64,000 nt of DNA from Eukaryota sp. TZLM1-RC (lineage: Eukaryota; Protista; Metamonada: BaSk clade). Both the position numbers and the translations under genes were made by a program. Position 1 is the stretch's first letter. Each line of letters starts with the position of its first letter. The notes below the pieces were generated by a model. The model did no database searches and was not told the DNA's origin. It saw only the letters and a list, made by a program, of their open reading frames with translations. Positions 40,594 to 54,253 of the stretch are shown in pieces. The stretch covers positions 2,956,550-3,020,549 of the forward strand of contig JAUPSS010000004.1 in NCBI GenBank assembly GCA_040285825.1. Direction: 5' to 3'.

Positions 40594-42071
40594 ACAAATA
40601 GGGACTACAATTGGGGACTAACAGATGAGAATCATCAGGAAATCTACGAGAAAATTCATAAATAAAATTTTTGCCACCACCCAAGAATGCTGATTGACAC
40701 AAAATTGATTTTTTTTTTTAAATTTAATTTTATTCTAAACCTATAAATCAACATCTAAAAAATCCATCTCTCCCAAAACAAAAACACTAGATGCAACTCT
40801 CTCATAGTGAGATCCAAGAGAAAGCAAAGCATCAGAAACCATCTTCAACATCCCCTTAAAAATAGAAAACACAATTCTATTTTGCCAAAACAATCTGTTG
40901 AAATTTCTGCCAGTTCTTCTCTTTACAATCATTTCAAAATCATCCAAAAAACGTAAAGCAGTTGGTGCAAGTGAACCAAAAAGGGAAAATACAAATGGAT
41001 ACAAATTGTATTTAGCATGCTGTAGACTGGCCAATTTGGACAAAGGTTCATTGTATTTTTTGAATTTAAAATTTTCAGCATTTGAAAGGGGATTATGAAT
41101 TTCAGAATTAACAAGCCTTTCATTTGAGGCATTACAAGGATCAACAGACATTACATCCAATAAAATGAAGCTTCCATCTAATCCAGGTAATATGACATCA
41201 CCTCTATTATTCTTATGAAAATCATTTTCAGCATCAAACAGATTTGACAACAGAGGTTCCAAATAGAATTCAATTCTATAAGACTTACACATACAATATA
41301 ATTGGTCTCTTACAGCATCGTGAACATTGCTTCTAAAAGTAATAAAATGTTTACAATTTAACAAATGAGTAGTTGTAATTTCACGAGAACATTTACAAAT
41401 TAAATTATGAGGTAAATTATCAGGCCAGATAAAGGAACGAAATCTCATATTCAGATTCGGATAAGAGAGTACCATAAACTTGTGGAATTGTTGTTACTAA
41501 GGCAGAAGAAGTACTGTCACACATATCTTGTAAAAGATTTGCAAAAGCGGGATTCTTTTTCTTGGCCAAGCCAAGTCTAACATCAAAATCCAAGCTTTCA
41601 AAAATCTTTGACAATTTTTGTTGAAGCTTTTTACAGCAAAACTGTAAATTAAATAGAGATCGGTTTGGAATTTCTTGAATTGATTGAGGAAAACATTTTT
41701 TTTTCTAAAACTTTTTATTCAACAACAAATATGAAATACACAATTAAAACTCCACATCCTCAAAACCTGCCTCCCCTACATCAAAACAATTAATCGCTAA
41801 AGATTCAGAAAATTTCCCAAAAGAAGATAGTGAATCAGAAAATAGAAAACATTTGGTCCAAATTTGTGGCGGTAATTTTTCAAGTTCACAAGATAACTCA
41901 TACAAATAGGGATTTTTGGTTTTGAAAATAAATTAAATGAATGAAAACAAAAAAAAACAAATAGGGACTACAATTGGGGACTAACAGATGAGAATCATCA
42001 GGAAATCTACGAGAAAATTCATAAATAAAATTTTTGCCACCACCCAAGAATGCTGATTGACACAAAATTGA

Positions 42072-45020
42072 TTTTTTTTTTTTAAATTTAATTTTATTCT
42101 AAACCTATAAATCAACATCTAAAAAATCCATCTCTCCCAAAACAAAAACACTAGATGCAACTCTCTCATAGTGAGATCCAAGAGAAAGCAAAGCATCAGA
42201 AACCATCTTCAACATCCCCTTAAAAATAGAAAACACAATTCTATTTTGCCAAAACAATCTGTGGAAATTTCTGCCAGTTCTTCTCTTTACAATCATTTCA
42301 AAATCATCCAAAAAACGTAAAGCAGTTGGTGCAAGTGAACCAAAAAGGGAAAATACAAATGGATACAAATTGTATTTTGCATGCTGTAGACTGGCCAATT
42401 TGGACAAAGGTTCATTGTATTTTTTTGAATTTAAAATTTTCAGCATTTGAAAGGGGATTATGAATTTCAGAATTAACAAGCCTTTCATTTGAGGCATTAC
42501 AAGGATCAACAGACATTACATCCAATAAAATGAAACTTCCATCTAATCCAGGTAATATAACATCACCTCTATTGTTCTTATGAAAATCATCAGTATCAAA
42601 CAGATTTGACAACAAAGGTTCCAAGAAGGATTCAATTCTATGAGATTTACACATACAATATAACTGGTCTCTTACAGCATCATGAACCTTGCTTCTAAAA
42701 GTAATAAAATGTTTACAATTTAACAAATGAGTAGTTGTAATTTCTCGAGAACATTTACAAATTAAATTATGAGGTAAATTATCAGGCCAGATAAAGGAAC
42801 GAAATCTCATATTCAGAGTCCAAGCAGAATCGGATAAGAGAGTACCATAAACTTGTGGAATTGTTGTTACTAAGGCAGAAGAAGTACTGTCACACATATC
42901 TTGTAAAAAGATTTGCAAAAGCGGGATTCTTTTTCTTGGCCAAGCCAAGTCTAACATCAAAATCCAAGCTTTCAAAAATCTTTGACAATTTTTGTTGAAG
43001 CTTTTTACAGCAAAACTGTAAATTAAATAGAGATCGGTTTGGAATTTCTTGAATTGATTGAGGAAAACAATTGGTCCAAATTTGTGGCGGTAATTTTTCA
43101 AGTTCACAAGATAACTCATACAAATAGGGACTACAATTGGGGACTAACAGATGAGAATCATCAGGAAATCTACGAGAAAATTCATAAATAAAATTTTTGC
43201 CACCACCCAAGAATGCTGATTGACACAAAATTGAAGATTTAGTAAAACCAATACCACCCAAATTTGCTGAAGAAAATAAATGGCTTTTCAACATTCCTGG
43301 TTCTACATCCAATAAATCAGCAAAAATTCTGTTCTCAATGAATTGAAAGAACGACAAAAATCTAATGCTATGGAAGGAGCACAAGATCTCAAAATGTGGG
43401 TTATTCTCCCAGTGTAGCAAATTTTAAGCATGAAAAATTTAATATGCTTTTCTATATCTAAAGAAGAAATTGAATCAAGTTCAATTTTCATTTTTTCCAA
43501 AATAACTTGCAATTCATTCTGAATTTGAGGCACATTTCCTAACCAACAACCAAGGAACTTAAAAGCATCACTACTATAATTAGTAAAAGGGACAATAGAA
43601 TCGTTTATCACGAGGTCTTGAGCAGAAGAGCCAATCAGAAGACATTTGCTGGCATTAAGATGAAGCCCAATATTTTCATATGAATCGGCAATTTCTTGAG
43701 CAACCAATTCTAGTAAATCAAATGAACCAATCAAGGATATATCATCCATATAAGCAACTATTTTTATAGAAGGGTATTTTTGCTTAATGATATTTAAAGT
43801 TTTGTGAATAGCTAAACAAAACAATAATGGGCCTAAAGGATCTCCCTGCTTCACTCCAGAAGATGATTTAAGACCAAATGAATTAAAAATTAAATCTGAT
43901 TCTTTCCCATAAAAATGGTAGAAAAAACTCGATAGCTCAGGAAAATCAGATTTAATAACTTCAAAAATTGCTTCTCGCTTTACAGAATTAAAAGCATTTT
44001 TAAAGTCGAGATTAAAAATAAAATTATTTTTCTCTGCATTAAAAAAGGTATCAGAGGCAATAGCAGCAACAGAAGCACCATCAATTGTTTTGATTCCAAA
44101 TTGATGAGGATTCAAAAATGTAGAAGCTTTGTCTTTGACACGATCGAAGACAATTGATGCTAGCAAACGAGAAAGAGATTCACCAACAGCAATTGGGCGT
44201 ATTCCATCAGGTTTGATTCCGTTTCCAGGCTTTACTAAAGCAATCAGACGTGCTGCGAGTAATTCAAATGGAGGATTAATTTTCAAAACAATCAATTGTT
44301 GAAAATAGTGGGCTAGATCATCAGCAATTTCGGGAGCACTGGAACACGCTATTTTTAACAGATCAAAAGAAATTCCAGATGGGCCTGCTGCTTTCCCCTT
44401 TGGCAATTTTTGAATAGCTTTAAGAACTTCCATTGCAGTAATAGGATTTTCAATCCAAAAAGGACACACTTCAGGCTTGCTGCACTTGAAATTTTCTTGA
44501 GGATGCAACTTTTGAAGTTTTTCAAGGGTATCAGAGTTTGCATCAGCCAAAGAAGAGGAAAACAAAGACTGCTTTGCGGCACCATAACGACCACGTAAGC
44601 ACAATTTACGGCAAATTTTTGATTTTACAATTTTTCTATTTCCAAATTTTTTCTTAAAACAATTTTTGTTTTTTCTAGCAAAATATTTCCAGAAGGATGA
44701 AATATTCCACTTATTATTTTTCAATTCAGAAGTAAAATTTCTCATTTCCATTGAGAAGGGGATTGTGCTGGCGGGACTTATTTCTACTGGGATCCGGATC
44801 GGGGGTCTTACGGTATCAACGGCTTTACAATTCGTACAAAACAGAAGTTTTCGACCATTTCGTGAATCTGCAACATCTTTTTTGCAAAATGGACAACAAA
44901 AATTACTGTTTTCAGAAGGGGAAGAAGAGGGAACACTAGAAGCATTTAACTGTTGATCGTCAGAAACATTATTTTCAGCACCTTTCACAACGGCAACAGC
45001 TGGAACAGAACATTTGAGAA
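42072..45020 (-). mobile_element. Near-full-length family A copy
   Basis: Poly(T) at 42072; ORFs 42105-45027. Confidence 0.92.
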
Positions 45021-45023
45021 AAC

Positions 45024-46864
45024 ACACAAAATTGAAGATTTAGTAAAACCAATACCACCCAAATTTGCTGAAGAAAATAAATGGCTTTTCAACATTCCTG
45101 GTTCTACATCCAATAAATCAGCAAAAAATTCTGTTCTCAATGAATTAAAAGAACGACAAAAATCTAATGCTATGGAAGGAGCACAAGATCTCAAAATGTG
45201 GGTTATTCTCCCAGTGTAGCAAATTTTAAGCATGAAAAATTTAATATGCTTTTCTATATCTAAAGAAGAAATTGAATCAAGTTCAATTTTCATTTTTTCC
45301 AAAATAACTTGCAATTCATTCTGAATTTGAGGCACATTTCCTAACCAACAACCAAGGAACTTAAAAGCATCACTACTATAATTAGTAAAAGGGACAATAG
45401 AATCGTTTATCACGAGGTCTTGAGCAGAAGAGCCAATCAGAAGGCATTTGCTGGCATTAAGATGAAGCCCAATATTTTCATATGAATCGGCAATTTCTTG
45501 AGCAACCAATTCTAGTAAATCAAATGAACCAATCAAGGATATATCATCCATATAAGCAACTATTTTTATAGAAGGGTATTTTTGCTTAATGATATTTAAA
45601 GTTTTGTGAATAGCTAAACAAAACAATAATGGGCCTAAAGGATCTCCCTGCTTCACTCCAGAAGATGATTTAAGACCAAATGAATTAAAAATTAAATCTG
45701 ATTCTTTACCATAAAAATGGTAGAAAAAACTCGATAGCTCAGGAAAATCAGATTTAATAACTTCAAAAATTGCTTCTCGCTTTACAGAATTAAAAGCATT
45801 TTTAAAGTCGAGATTAAAAATAAAATTATTTTCCTCTGCATTAAAAAAGGTATCAGAGGCAATAGCAGCAACAGAAGCACCATCAATTGTTTTGATTCCA
45901 AATTGATGAGGATTCAAAAATGTAGAAGCTTTGTCTTTGACACGATCGAAGACAATTGATGCTAGCAAACGAGAAAGAGATTCACCAACAGCAATTGGGC
46001 GTATTCCATCAGGTTTGATTCCGTTTCCAGGCTTTACTAAAGCAATCAGACGTGCTGCGAGTAATTCAAATGGAGGATTAATTTTCAAAACAATCAATTG
46101 TTGAAAGTAGTGGGCTAGATCATCAGCAATTTCGGGAGCACTGGAACACGCTATTTTTAACAGATCAAAAGAAATTCCAGATGGGCCTGCTGCTTTCCCC
46201 TTTGGCAATTTTTGAATAGCTTTAAGAACTTCAATTGCAGTAATAGGATTTTCAATCCAAAAAGGACACACTTCAGGCTTGCTGCACTTGAAATTTTCTT
46301 GAGGATGCAACTTTTGAAGTTTTTCAAGGGTATCAGAGTTTGCATCAGCCAAAGAAGAGGAAAACAAAGACTGCTTTGCGGCACCATAACGACCACGTAA
46401 GCACAATTTACGGCAAATTTTTGATTTTACAATTTTTCTATTTCCAAATTTTTTCTTAAAACAATTTTTGTTTTTTCTAGCAAAATATTTCCAGAAGGAT
46501 GAAATATTCCACTTATTATTTTTCAATTCAGAAGTAAAATTTCTCATTTCCATTGAGAAGGGGATTGTGCTGGCGGGACTTATTTCTACTGGGATCCGGA
46601 TCGGGGGTCTTACGGTATCAACGGCTTTACAATTCGTACAAAACAGAAGTTTTCGACCATTTCGTGAATCTGCAACATCTTTTTTTGCAAAATGGACAAC
46701 AAAAATTACTGTTTTCAGAAGGGGAAGAAGAGGGAACACTAGAAGCATTTAACTGTTGATCGTCAGAAACATTATTTTCAGCACCTTTCACAACGGCAAC
46801 AGCTGGAACAGAACATTTGAGAATTTGTTGAGCAGATTTTAATTCAAATTCTCTTTTTTTGTTT
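45024..46864 (-). mobile_element. Family A internal segment (RT), no tail
   Basis: ORF 44985-46748. Confidence 0.88.
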
Positions 46865-47775
46865 TAGGAATTGATTTGAAAATAGTAAAAACAATACGAT
46901 TTAGCCACAAGCGACGATCAAAACGCTTATTCATTCTTTTTTTCACAAGATTTTCAAAATCATCAATAAAATTCAAAGCAGTTTTTCCAAGACGACCATA
47001 CAACGATATAGCAAATGGGCAAATTTGGTAATCTACATGGCGAACATGTTTCAATTCTTTTAAAGGATTTGCATACTTTTTCCGTTTGTACAATTCGGAG
47101 TCATCAAGGGGGGATACTTCGGATTGAGCATTTTTCAAGGCATTTTTCTTGCATACATCCACTGTTACGACATCAACAACATTCATGACATCATCAAACG
47201 AGGGCACGACAACATCAGCACGTCGTTTTCCATATTCTGAATCTCTTACGCTTTCATTTATATCAAGAGACCTCAACAAAGGTTCTACAAAAGATTCAAT
47301 ATGATAGGAATTACACATTGCATGGATTTGATCTCTGACTGCATCATGCAACGTAGAACGAAAATTTTGTTTTGAAAATTAATCCTCCATTTGAATTACT
47401 CGCAGCACGTCTGATTGCTTTAGTAAAGCCTGGAAACGGAATCAAACCTGATGGAATACGCCCAATTGCTGTTGGTGAATCTCTTTCTCGTTTGCTAGCA
47501 TCAATTGTCTTCGATCGTGTCAAAGACAAAGCTTCTACATTTTTGAATCCTCATCAATTTTTTTTTAATTTAATTTTAATTTATTTTCAAAACCACAGTC
47601 TAAAAGTCAATATCTTCAAAACAAGCTTCCACACCATCAAACCTTACAGCAGCAATATTTTCATAATGTGCACTGACAGACATTAAAGCTTTCGAAATCA
47701 TTTTAGGAATTGATTTGAAAATAATAAAAACAATACGATTTAGCCACAAGCGACGATCAAAACGCTTATTCATTC

Positions 47776-50700
47776 TTTTTTTTTTTTTTCTCCCTCCCTT
47801 AGTCAACCCTTTCATATTTCACTTTCTGTCAAGGCGTCAAAGTCGTACTGTTTCTCTGTCAAAACGATGCCTTTGGCTGATAGTGACTCTGATACTGATT
47901 GGAACGCCCAAGCAAAGATTCTACCAGTCAGATCAAGCTCATCCACTCCACTTCCCCACTCTCCCCACAATACAGGCTATGCTCGAAATTCATCTCAAAA
48001 AAATTCTCATTCAAAAACTGATCATTGTACCAGAAAAAACACAGAAAAACCACCATTACGTTCCTTGCGTTCTGTTGCGCGTTCTATTAACAACTCCGTT
48101 TCTCGAAATTTGTTTTCTCCAGCTGAAACTGCAAAAGTCAAAAGTCTATTTCTACTTTTTTACTCAAAAATTGACAAAATTGAAAGAACTGAAAAAATGA
48201 AACCACTGCCATTAAAAGGTTCTAAAAAATGTTCGATTTGTGGTATCAGTGGTCATAATTCGAGAACGTGCCCTGAGAAACAAAAAAGAGAATTTGAATT
48301 AAAATCTGCTCAACAAATTCTCAAATGTTCTGTTCCAGCTGTTGCCGTTGTGAAAGGTGCTGAAAATAATGTTTCTGACGATCAACAGTTAAATGCTTCT
48401 AGTGTTCCCTCTTCTTCCCCTTCTGAAAACAGTAATTTTTGTTGTCCATTTTGCAAAAAAGATGTTGCAAATTCACGAAATGGTCGAAAACTTCTGTTTT
48501 GTACGAATTGTAAAGCCGTTGATACCGTAAGACCCCCGATCCGGATCCCAGTAGAAATAAGTCCCGCCAGCACAATCCCCTTCTCAATGGAAATGAGAAA
48601 TTTTACTTCTGAATTGAAAAATAATAAGTGGAATATTTCATCCTTCTGGAAATATTTTGCTAGAAAAAACAAAAATTGTTTTAAGAAAAAATTTGGAAAT
48701 AGAAAAATTGTAAAATCAAAAATTTGCCGTATATTGTGCTTACGTGGTCGTTATGGTGCCGCAAAGCAGTCTTTGTTTTCCTCTTCTTTGGCTGATGCAA
48801 ACTCTGATACCCTTGAAAAACTTCAAAAGTTGCATCCTCAAGAAAATTTCAAGTGCAGCAAGCCTGAAGTGTGTCCATTTTGGATTGAAAATCCTATTAC
48901 TGCAATTGAAGTTCTTAAAGCTATTCAAAAATTGCCAAAGGGGAAAGCAGCAGGCCCATCTGGAATTTCTTTTGATCTGTTAAAAATAGCGTGTTCCAGT
49001 GCTCCCGAAATTGCTGATGATCTAGCCCACTATTTTCAACAATTGATTGTTTTGAAAATTAATCCTCCATTTGAATTACTCGCAGCACGTCTGATTGCTT
49101 TAGTAAAGCCTGGAAACGGAATCAAACCTGATGGAATACGCCCAATTGCTGTTGGTGAATCTCTTTCTCGTTTGCTAGCATCAATTGTCTTCGATCGTGT
49201 CAAAGACAAAGCTTCTACATTTTTGAATCCTCATCAATTTGGAATCAAAACAATTGATGGTGCTTCTGTTGCTGCTATTGCCTCTGATACCTTTTTTAAT
49301 GCAGAGGAAAATAATTTTATTTTTAATCTCGACTTTAAAAATGCTTTTAATTCTGTAAAGCGTGAAGTAATTTTTGAAGTTATTAAATCTGATTTTCCTG
49401 AGCTATCGAGTTTTTTCTACCATTTTTATGGGAAAGAATCAGATTTAATTTTTAATTCATTTGGTCTTAAATCATCTTCTGGAGTGAAGCAGGGAGATCC
49501 TTTAGGCCCATTATTGTTTTGTTTAGCTATTCACAAAACTTTAAATATCATTAAGCAAAAATACCCTTCTATAAAAATAGTTGCTTATATGGATGATATA
49601 TCCTTGATTGGTTCATTTGATTTACTAGAATTGGTTGCTCAAGAAATTGCCGATTCATATGAAAATATTGGGCTTCATCTTAATGCCAGCAAATGCCTTC
49701 TGATTGGCTCTTCTGCTCAAGACCTCGTGATAAACGATTCTATTGTCCCTTTTACTAATTATAGTAGTGATGCTTTTAAGTTCCTTGGTTGTTGGTTAGG
49801 AAATGTGCCTCAAATTCAGAATGAATTGCAAGTTATTTTGGAAAAAATGAAAATTGAACTTGATTCAATTTCTTCTTTAGATATAGAAAAGCATATTAAA
49901 TTTTTCATGCTTAAAATTTGCTACACTGGGAGAATAACCCACATTTTGAGATCTTGTGCTCCTTCCATAGCATTAGATTTTTGTCGTTCTTTTAATTCAT
50001 TGAGAACAGAATTTTTTGCTGATTTATTGGATGTAGAACCAGGAATGTTGAAAAGCCATTTATTTTCTTCAGCAAATTTGGGTGGTATTGGTTTTACTAA
50101 ATCTTCAATTTTGTGTCAATCAGCATTCTTGGGTGGTGGCAAAATTTTATTTATGAATTTTCTCGTAGATTTCCTGATGATTCTCATCTGTTAGTCCCCA
50201 ATTGTAGTCCCTATTTGTATGAGTTATCTTGTGAACTTGAAAAATTACCGCCACAAATTTGGACCAAATGTTTTCCTCAATCAATTCAAGAAATTCCAAA
50301 CCGATCTCTATTTAATTTACAGTTTTGCTGTAAAAAGCTTCAACAAAAATTGTCAAAGATTTTTGAAAGCTTGGATTTTGATGTTAGACTTGGCTTGGCC
50401 AAGAAAAAGAATCCCGCTTTTGCAAATCTTTTTACAAGATATGTGTGACAGTACTTCTTCTGCCTTAGTAACAACAATTCCACAAGTTTATGGTACTCTC
50501 TTATCCGATTCTGCTTGGACTCTGAATATGAGATTTCGTTCCTTTATCTGGCCTGATAATTTACCTCATAATTTAATTTGTAAATGTTCTCGAGAAATTA
50601 CAACTACTCATTTGTTAAATTGTAAACATTTTATTACTTTTAGAAGCAAGGTTCATGATGCTGTAAGAGACCAGTTATATTGTATGTGTAAATCTCATAG

Positions 50701-51260
50701 AATTGAATCCTTCTTGGAACCTTTGTTGTCAAATCTGTTTGATGCTGAAAATGATTTTCATAAGAATAATAGAGGTGATGTCATATTACCTGGATTAGAT
50801 GGAAGCTTCATTTTATTGGATGTAATGTCTGTTGATCCTTGTAATGCCTCAAATGAAAGGCTTGTTAATTCTGAAATTCATAATCCCCTTTCAAATGCTG
50901 AAAATTTTAAATTCAAAAATACAATGAACCTTTGTCCAAATTGGCCAGTCTACAGCATGCAAAATACAATTTGTATCCATTTGTATTTTCCCTTTTGGTT
51001 CACTTGCACCAACTGCTTTACGTTTTTGGATGATTTTGAAATGATTGTAAAGAGAAGAACTGGCAGAAATTTCAACAGATTGTTTTGGCAAAATAGAATT
51101 GTGTTCTCTATTTTTAAGGGGATGTTGAAGATGGTTTCTGATGCTTTGCTTTCTCTTGGATCTCACTATGAGAGAGTTGCATCTAGTGTTTTTGTTTTGG
51201 GAGAGATGGATTTTTTAGATGTTGATTTATAGGTTTAGAATAAAATTAAATTTTAAAAAA
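47776..51260 (+). mobile_element. Full-length family A element inserted into a family B copy
   Basis: 5' T-run-CTCCCTCCC, ATG at 47867, stop at 51232, AATAAA+A tail; B sequence is continuous across the insertion (CATTCTTTT | TTTCACAAG). Confidence 0.93.
47867..51232 (+). CDS. Family A RT-RLE polyprotein with several homopolymer frameshifts
   Basis: ORFs 47867-50194, 50113-50448 and 50219-51232 are collinear with the 58601 copy. Confidence 0.85.
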
Positions 51261-52288
51261 TTTCACAAGATTTTCAAAATCATCAATAAAATTCAAAGCA
51301 GTTTTTCCAAGACGACCATACAACGATATAGCAAATGGGCAAATTTGGTAATCTACATGGCGAACATGCTTCAATTCTTTTAAAGGATTTGCATACTTTT
51401 TCCGTTTGTACAATTCGGAGTCATCAAGGGGGATACTTCGGATTGAGCATTTTCAAGGCATTTTTCTTGCATACATCCACTGTTACGACATCAACAACAT
51501 TCATGACATCATCAAACGAGGGCACAACAACATCAGCACGTCGTTTTCCATATTCTGAATCTCTTACGCTTTCATTTATATCAAGAGACCTCAACAAAGG
51601 TTCAACAAAAGATTCAATATGATAGGAATTACACATTGCATGAATTTGATCTCTGACTGCATCATGCAACGTAGAACGATAGGAAATATATCTATTACAA
51701 TTAAATAAATGTGATAATGTCAAACCAGCTCCACATTTACAAAAACAAATCATTGGGCAAATTACAAGGCCATAAATAACAACGCATTCTCATAGCAGTG
51801 GTCCATTGGTCGTCATTCAAAAATAGACCATAAATCTGGGGAATTTGATTTATCAAAACTGCAGATGAACTGTCCTTCAAATCAATCAAAATATTGGCAA
51901 AAGCAGGATTTTCTTTCTTAGCCGTGCTAAGTCGAACAATAAAATCCTTGTTTTCAAAATTTTTCAAAAGATGTCGTTGGAGCTTTTTCAACGCAAATTT
52001 TAATGAATATAAACTTCTGTCTGGAATTTCTTGAATGGATATGGGGAAACATGATTGCCATAAGTCGGGAGATAAACTGGATATTTCTTCTCTTAAGTTA
52101 TCCAGGAATATGCTATTTGTATTTTCAAGAAGATTTTCGGCAAAAGGATATCTTCTAGAGAATTCAAATACAAAATTTTTCCACCACCAATAAATGCAGC
52201 TTTGGTCAAATATTTTTGATGAATTGAATCCAACACCGCCAAGTTGAACATCAGAAAAAATATGATTTTTCAAAATTGATGGATCAAC

Positions 52289-53513
52289 TTTTTTTTTAAA
52301 TTTAATTTTATTCTAAACCTATAAATCAACATCTAAAAAATCCATCTCTCCCAAAACAAAAACACTAGATGCAACTCTCTCATAGTGAGATCCAAGAGAA
52401 AGCAAAGCATCAGAAACCATCTTCAACATCCCCTTAAAAATAGAAAACACAATTCTATTTTGCCAAAACAATCTGTTGAAATTTCTGCCAGTTCTTCTCT
52501 TTACAATCATTTCAAAATCATCCAAAAACGTAAAGCAGTTGGTGCAAGTGAACCAAAAAGGGAAAATACAAATGGATACAAATTGTATTTTTGCATGCTG
52601 TAGACTGGCCAATTTGGACAAAGGTTCATTGTATTTTTGAATTTAAAATTTTCAGCATTTGAAAGGGGATTATGAATTTCAGAATTAACAAGCCTTTCAT
52701 TTGAGGCATTACAAGGATCAACAGACATTACATCCAATAAAATGAAGCTTCCATCTAATCCAGGTAATATGACATCACCTCTATTATTCTTATGAAAATC
52801 ATTTTCAGCATCAAACAGATTTGACAACAAAGGTTCCAAGAAGGATTCAATTCTATGAGATTTACACATACAATATAACTGGTCTCTTACAGCATCATGA
52901 ACCTTGCTTCTAAAAAGTAATAAAATGTTTACAATTTAACAAATGAGTAGTTGTAATTTCTCGAGAACATTTACAAATTAAATTATGAGGTAAATTATCA
53001 GGCCAGATAAAGGAACGAAATCTCATATTCAGAGTCCAAGCAGAATCGGATAAGAGAGTACCATAAACTTGTGGAATTGTTGTTACTAAGGCAGAAGAAG
53101 TACTGTCACACATTTCTTGTAAAAGATTTGCAAAAGCGGGATCTTTTTCTTGGCCAAGCCAAGTCTAACATCAAAATCCAAGTTTTCAAAAATCTTTGAC
53201 AATTTTTGTTGAAGCTTTTTACAGCAAAACTGTAAATTAAATAGAGATCGGTTTGGAATTTCTTGAATTGATTGAGGAAAACATTTGGTCCAAATTTGTG
53301 GCGGTAATTTTTCAAGTTCACAAGATAACTCATACAAATAGGGACTACAATTGGGGACTAACAGATGAGAATCATCAGGAAATCTACGAGAAAATTCATA
53401 AATAAAATTTTTGCCACCACCCAAGAATGCTGATTGACACAAAATTGAAGATTTAGTAAAACCAATACCACCCAAATTTGCTGAAGAAAATAAATGGCTT
53501 TTCAACATTCCTG
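52289..53513 (-). mobile_element. 5'-truncated family A copy
   Basis: Poly(T) at 52289; ORFs 52319-53333. Confidence 0.88.
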
Positions 53514-54253
53514 TTGATGGATCAACAGACATTAAATAAGCCAAAAATTGGGTACGTATTTTGTTAAATTGTCTACAAAAATTGTAAGTTAGGGATGGAG
53601 GTAATGATCGCAGTAAATGAGTAATTTTTCCAGCATAACAAATTTTCAAAAGAAAAAACTTAAGATGTTTTTCCAATTCAAGAGTCTTTATGACTTCTAG
53701 CTCTTTTTTAATTGAATTTAAATAATTTTCAAGGCTGTCAAGTGTCTTTTCGGCGGAACCTAAATAGCAACCCAGAAAGCAGAAACTAGTTGAAGTATAA
53801 TCAATATATGGAACTTCGAGGGAAAAATTTTGTATTTGAATTCTCTAGAAGATATCCTTTTGCCGAAAATCTTCTTGAAACTACAAATAGCCTATTCCTC
53901 GATAACTTAAGAGAAGAAATATCCAGTTTATCTCCCGACTTATGGCAATCATGTTTCCCCATATCCATTCAAGAAATTCCAGGCAGAAGTTTGTATTCAT
54001 TAAAATTTGCGTTGAAAAAGCTCCAACGACATCTTTTGAAAAAATTTGAAAGCAAGGATTATATTGTTCGACTTAGCACGGCTAAGAAAAAAAATCCTGC
54101 TTTTGCAAATTTTTTGATTGATTTGAAGGACAGTTCATCTGCAGTTTTGATAAATCAAATTCCCCAGATTTATCGTCTATTTTTGAATGACGACCAATGG
54201 ACCACTGCTATGAGAATGCGTTGTTATTTATGGCCTTGTAATTTGCCCAATGA
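53514..54253. mobile_element. Family B with internal inversion: B(-) 53514-53823, B(+) 53821-54253
   Basis: Two nearly adjacent B segments in opposite orientation. Confidence 0.82.

Larger units (their letters stand above)
39348..42071 (-). repeat. Tandem duplication of a ~1.36-kb composite unit (variant A' + family E end + mini-insertion)
   Basis: Units 39348-40708 and 40709-42071 share all junctions and private variants. Confidence 0.93.
46862..52288. mobile_element. B(-) 46862-47361, A(+) 47367-47560, B(-) 47558-47782 + 51261-52288: duplicate of 37404-39347, split by the full-length A
   Basis: Same junctions as 37404-39347. Confidence 0.88.

Noticed and set aside
53086-53676. Chimeric ORFs across junctions (e.g. 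53086-53676, 3057-3530, 54208-55875) as novel fusion genes
   Set aside because: Chance in-frame joins of truncated fragments with no independent start or expression evidence
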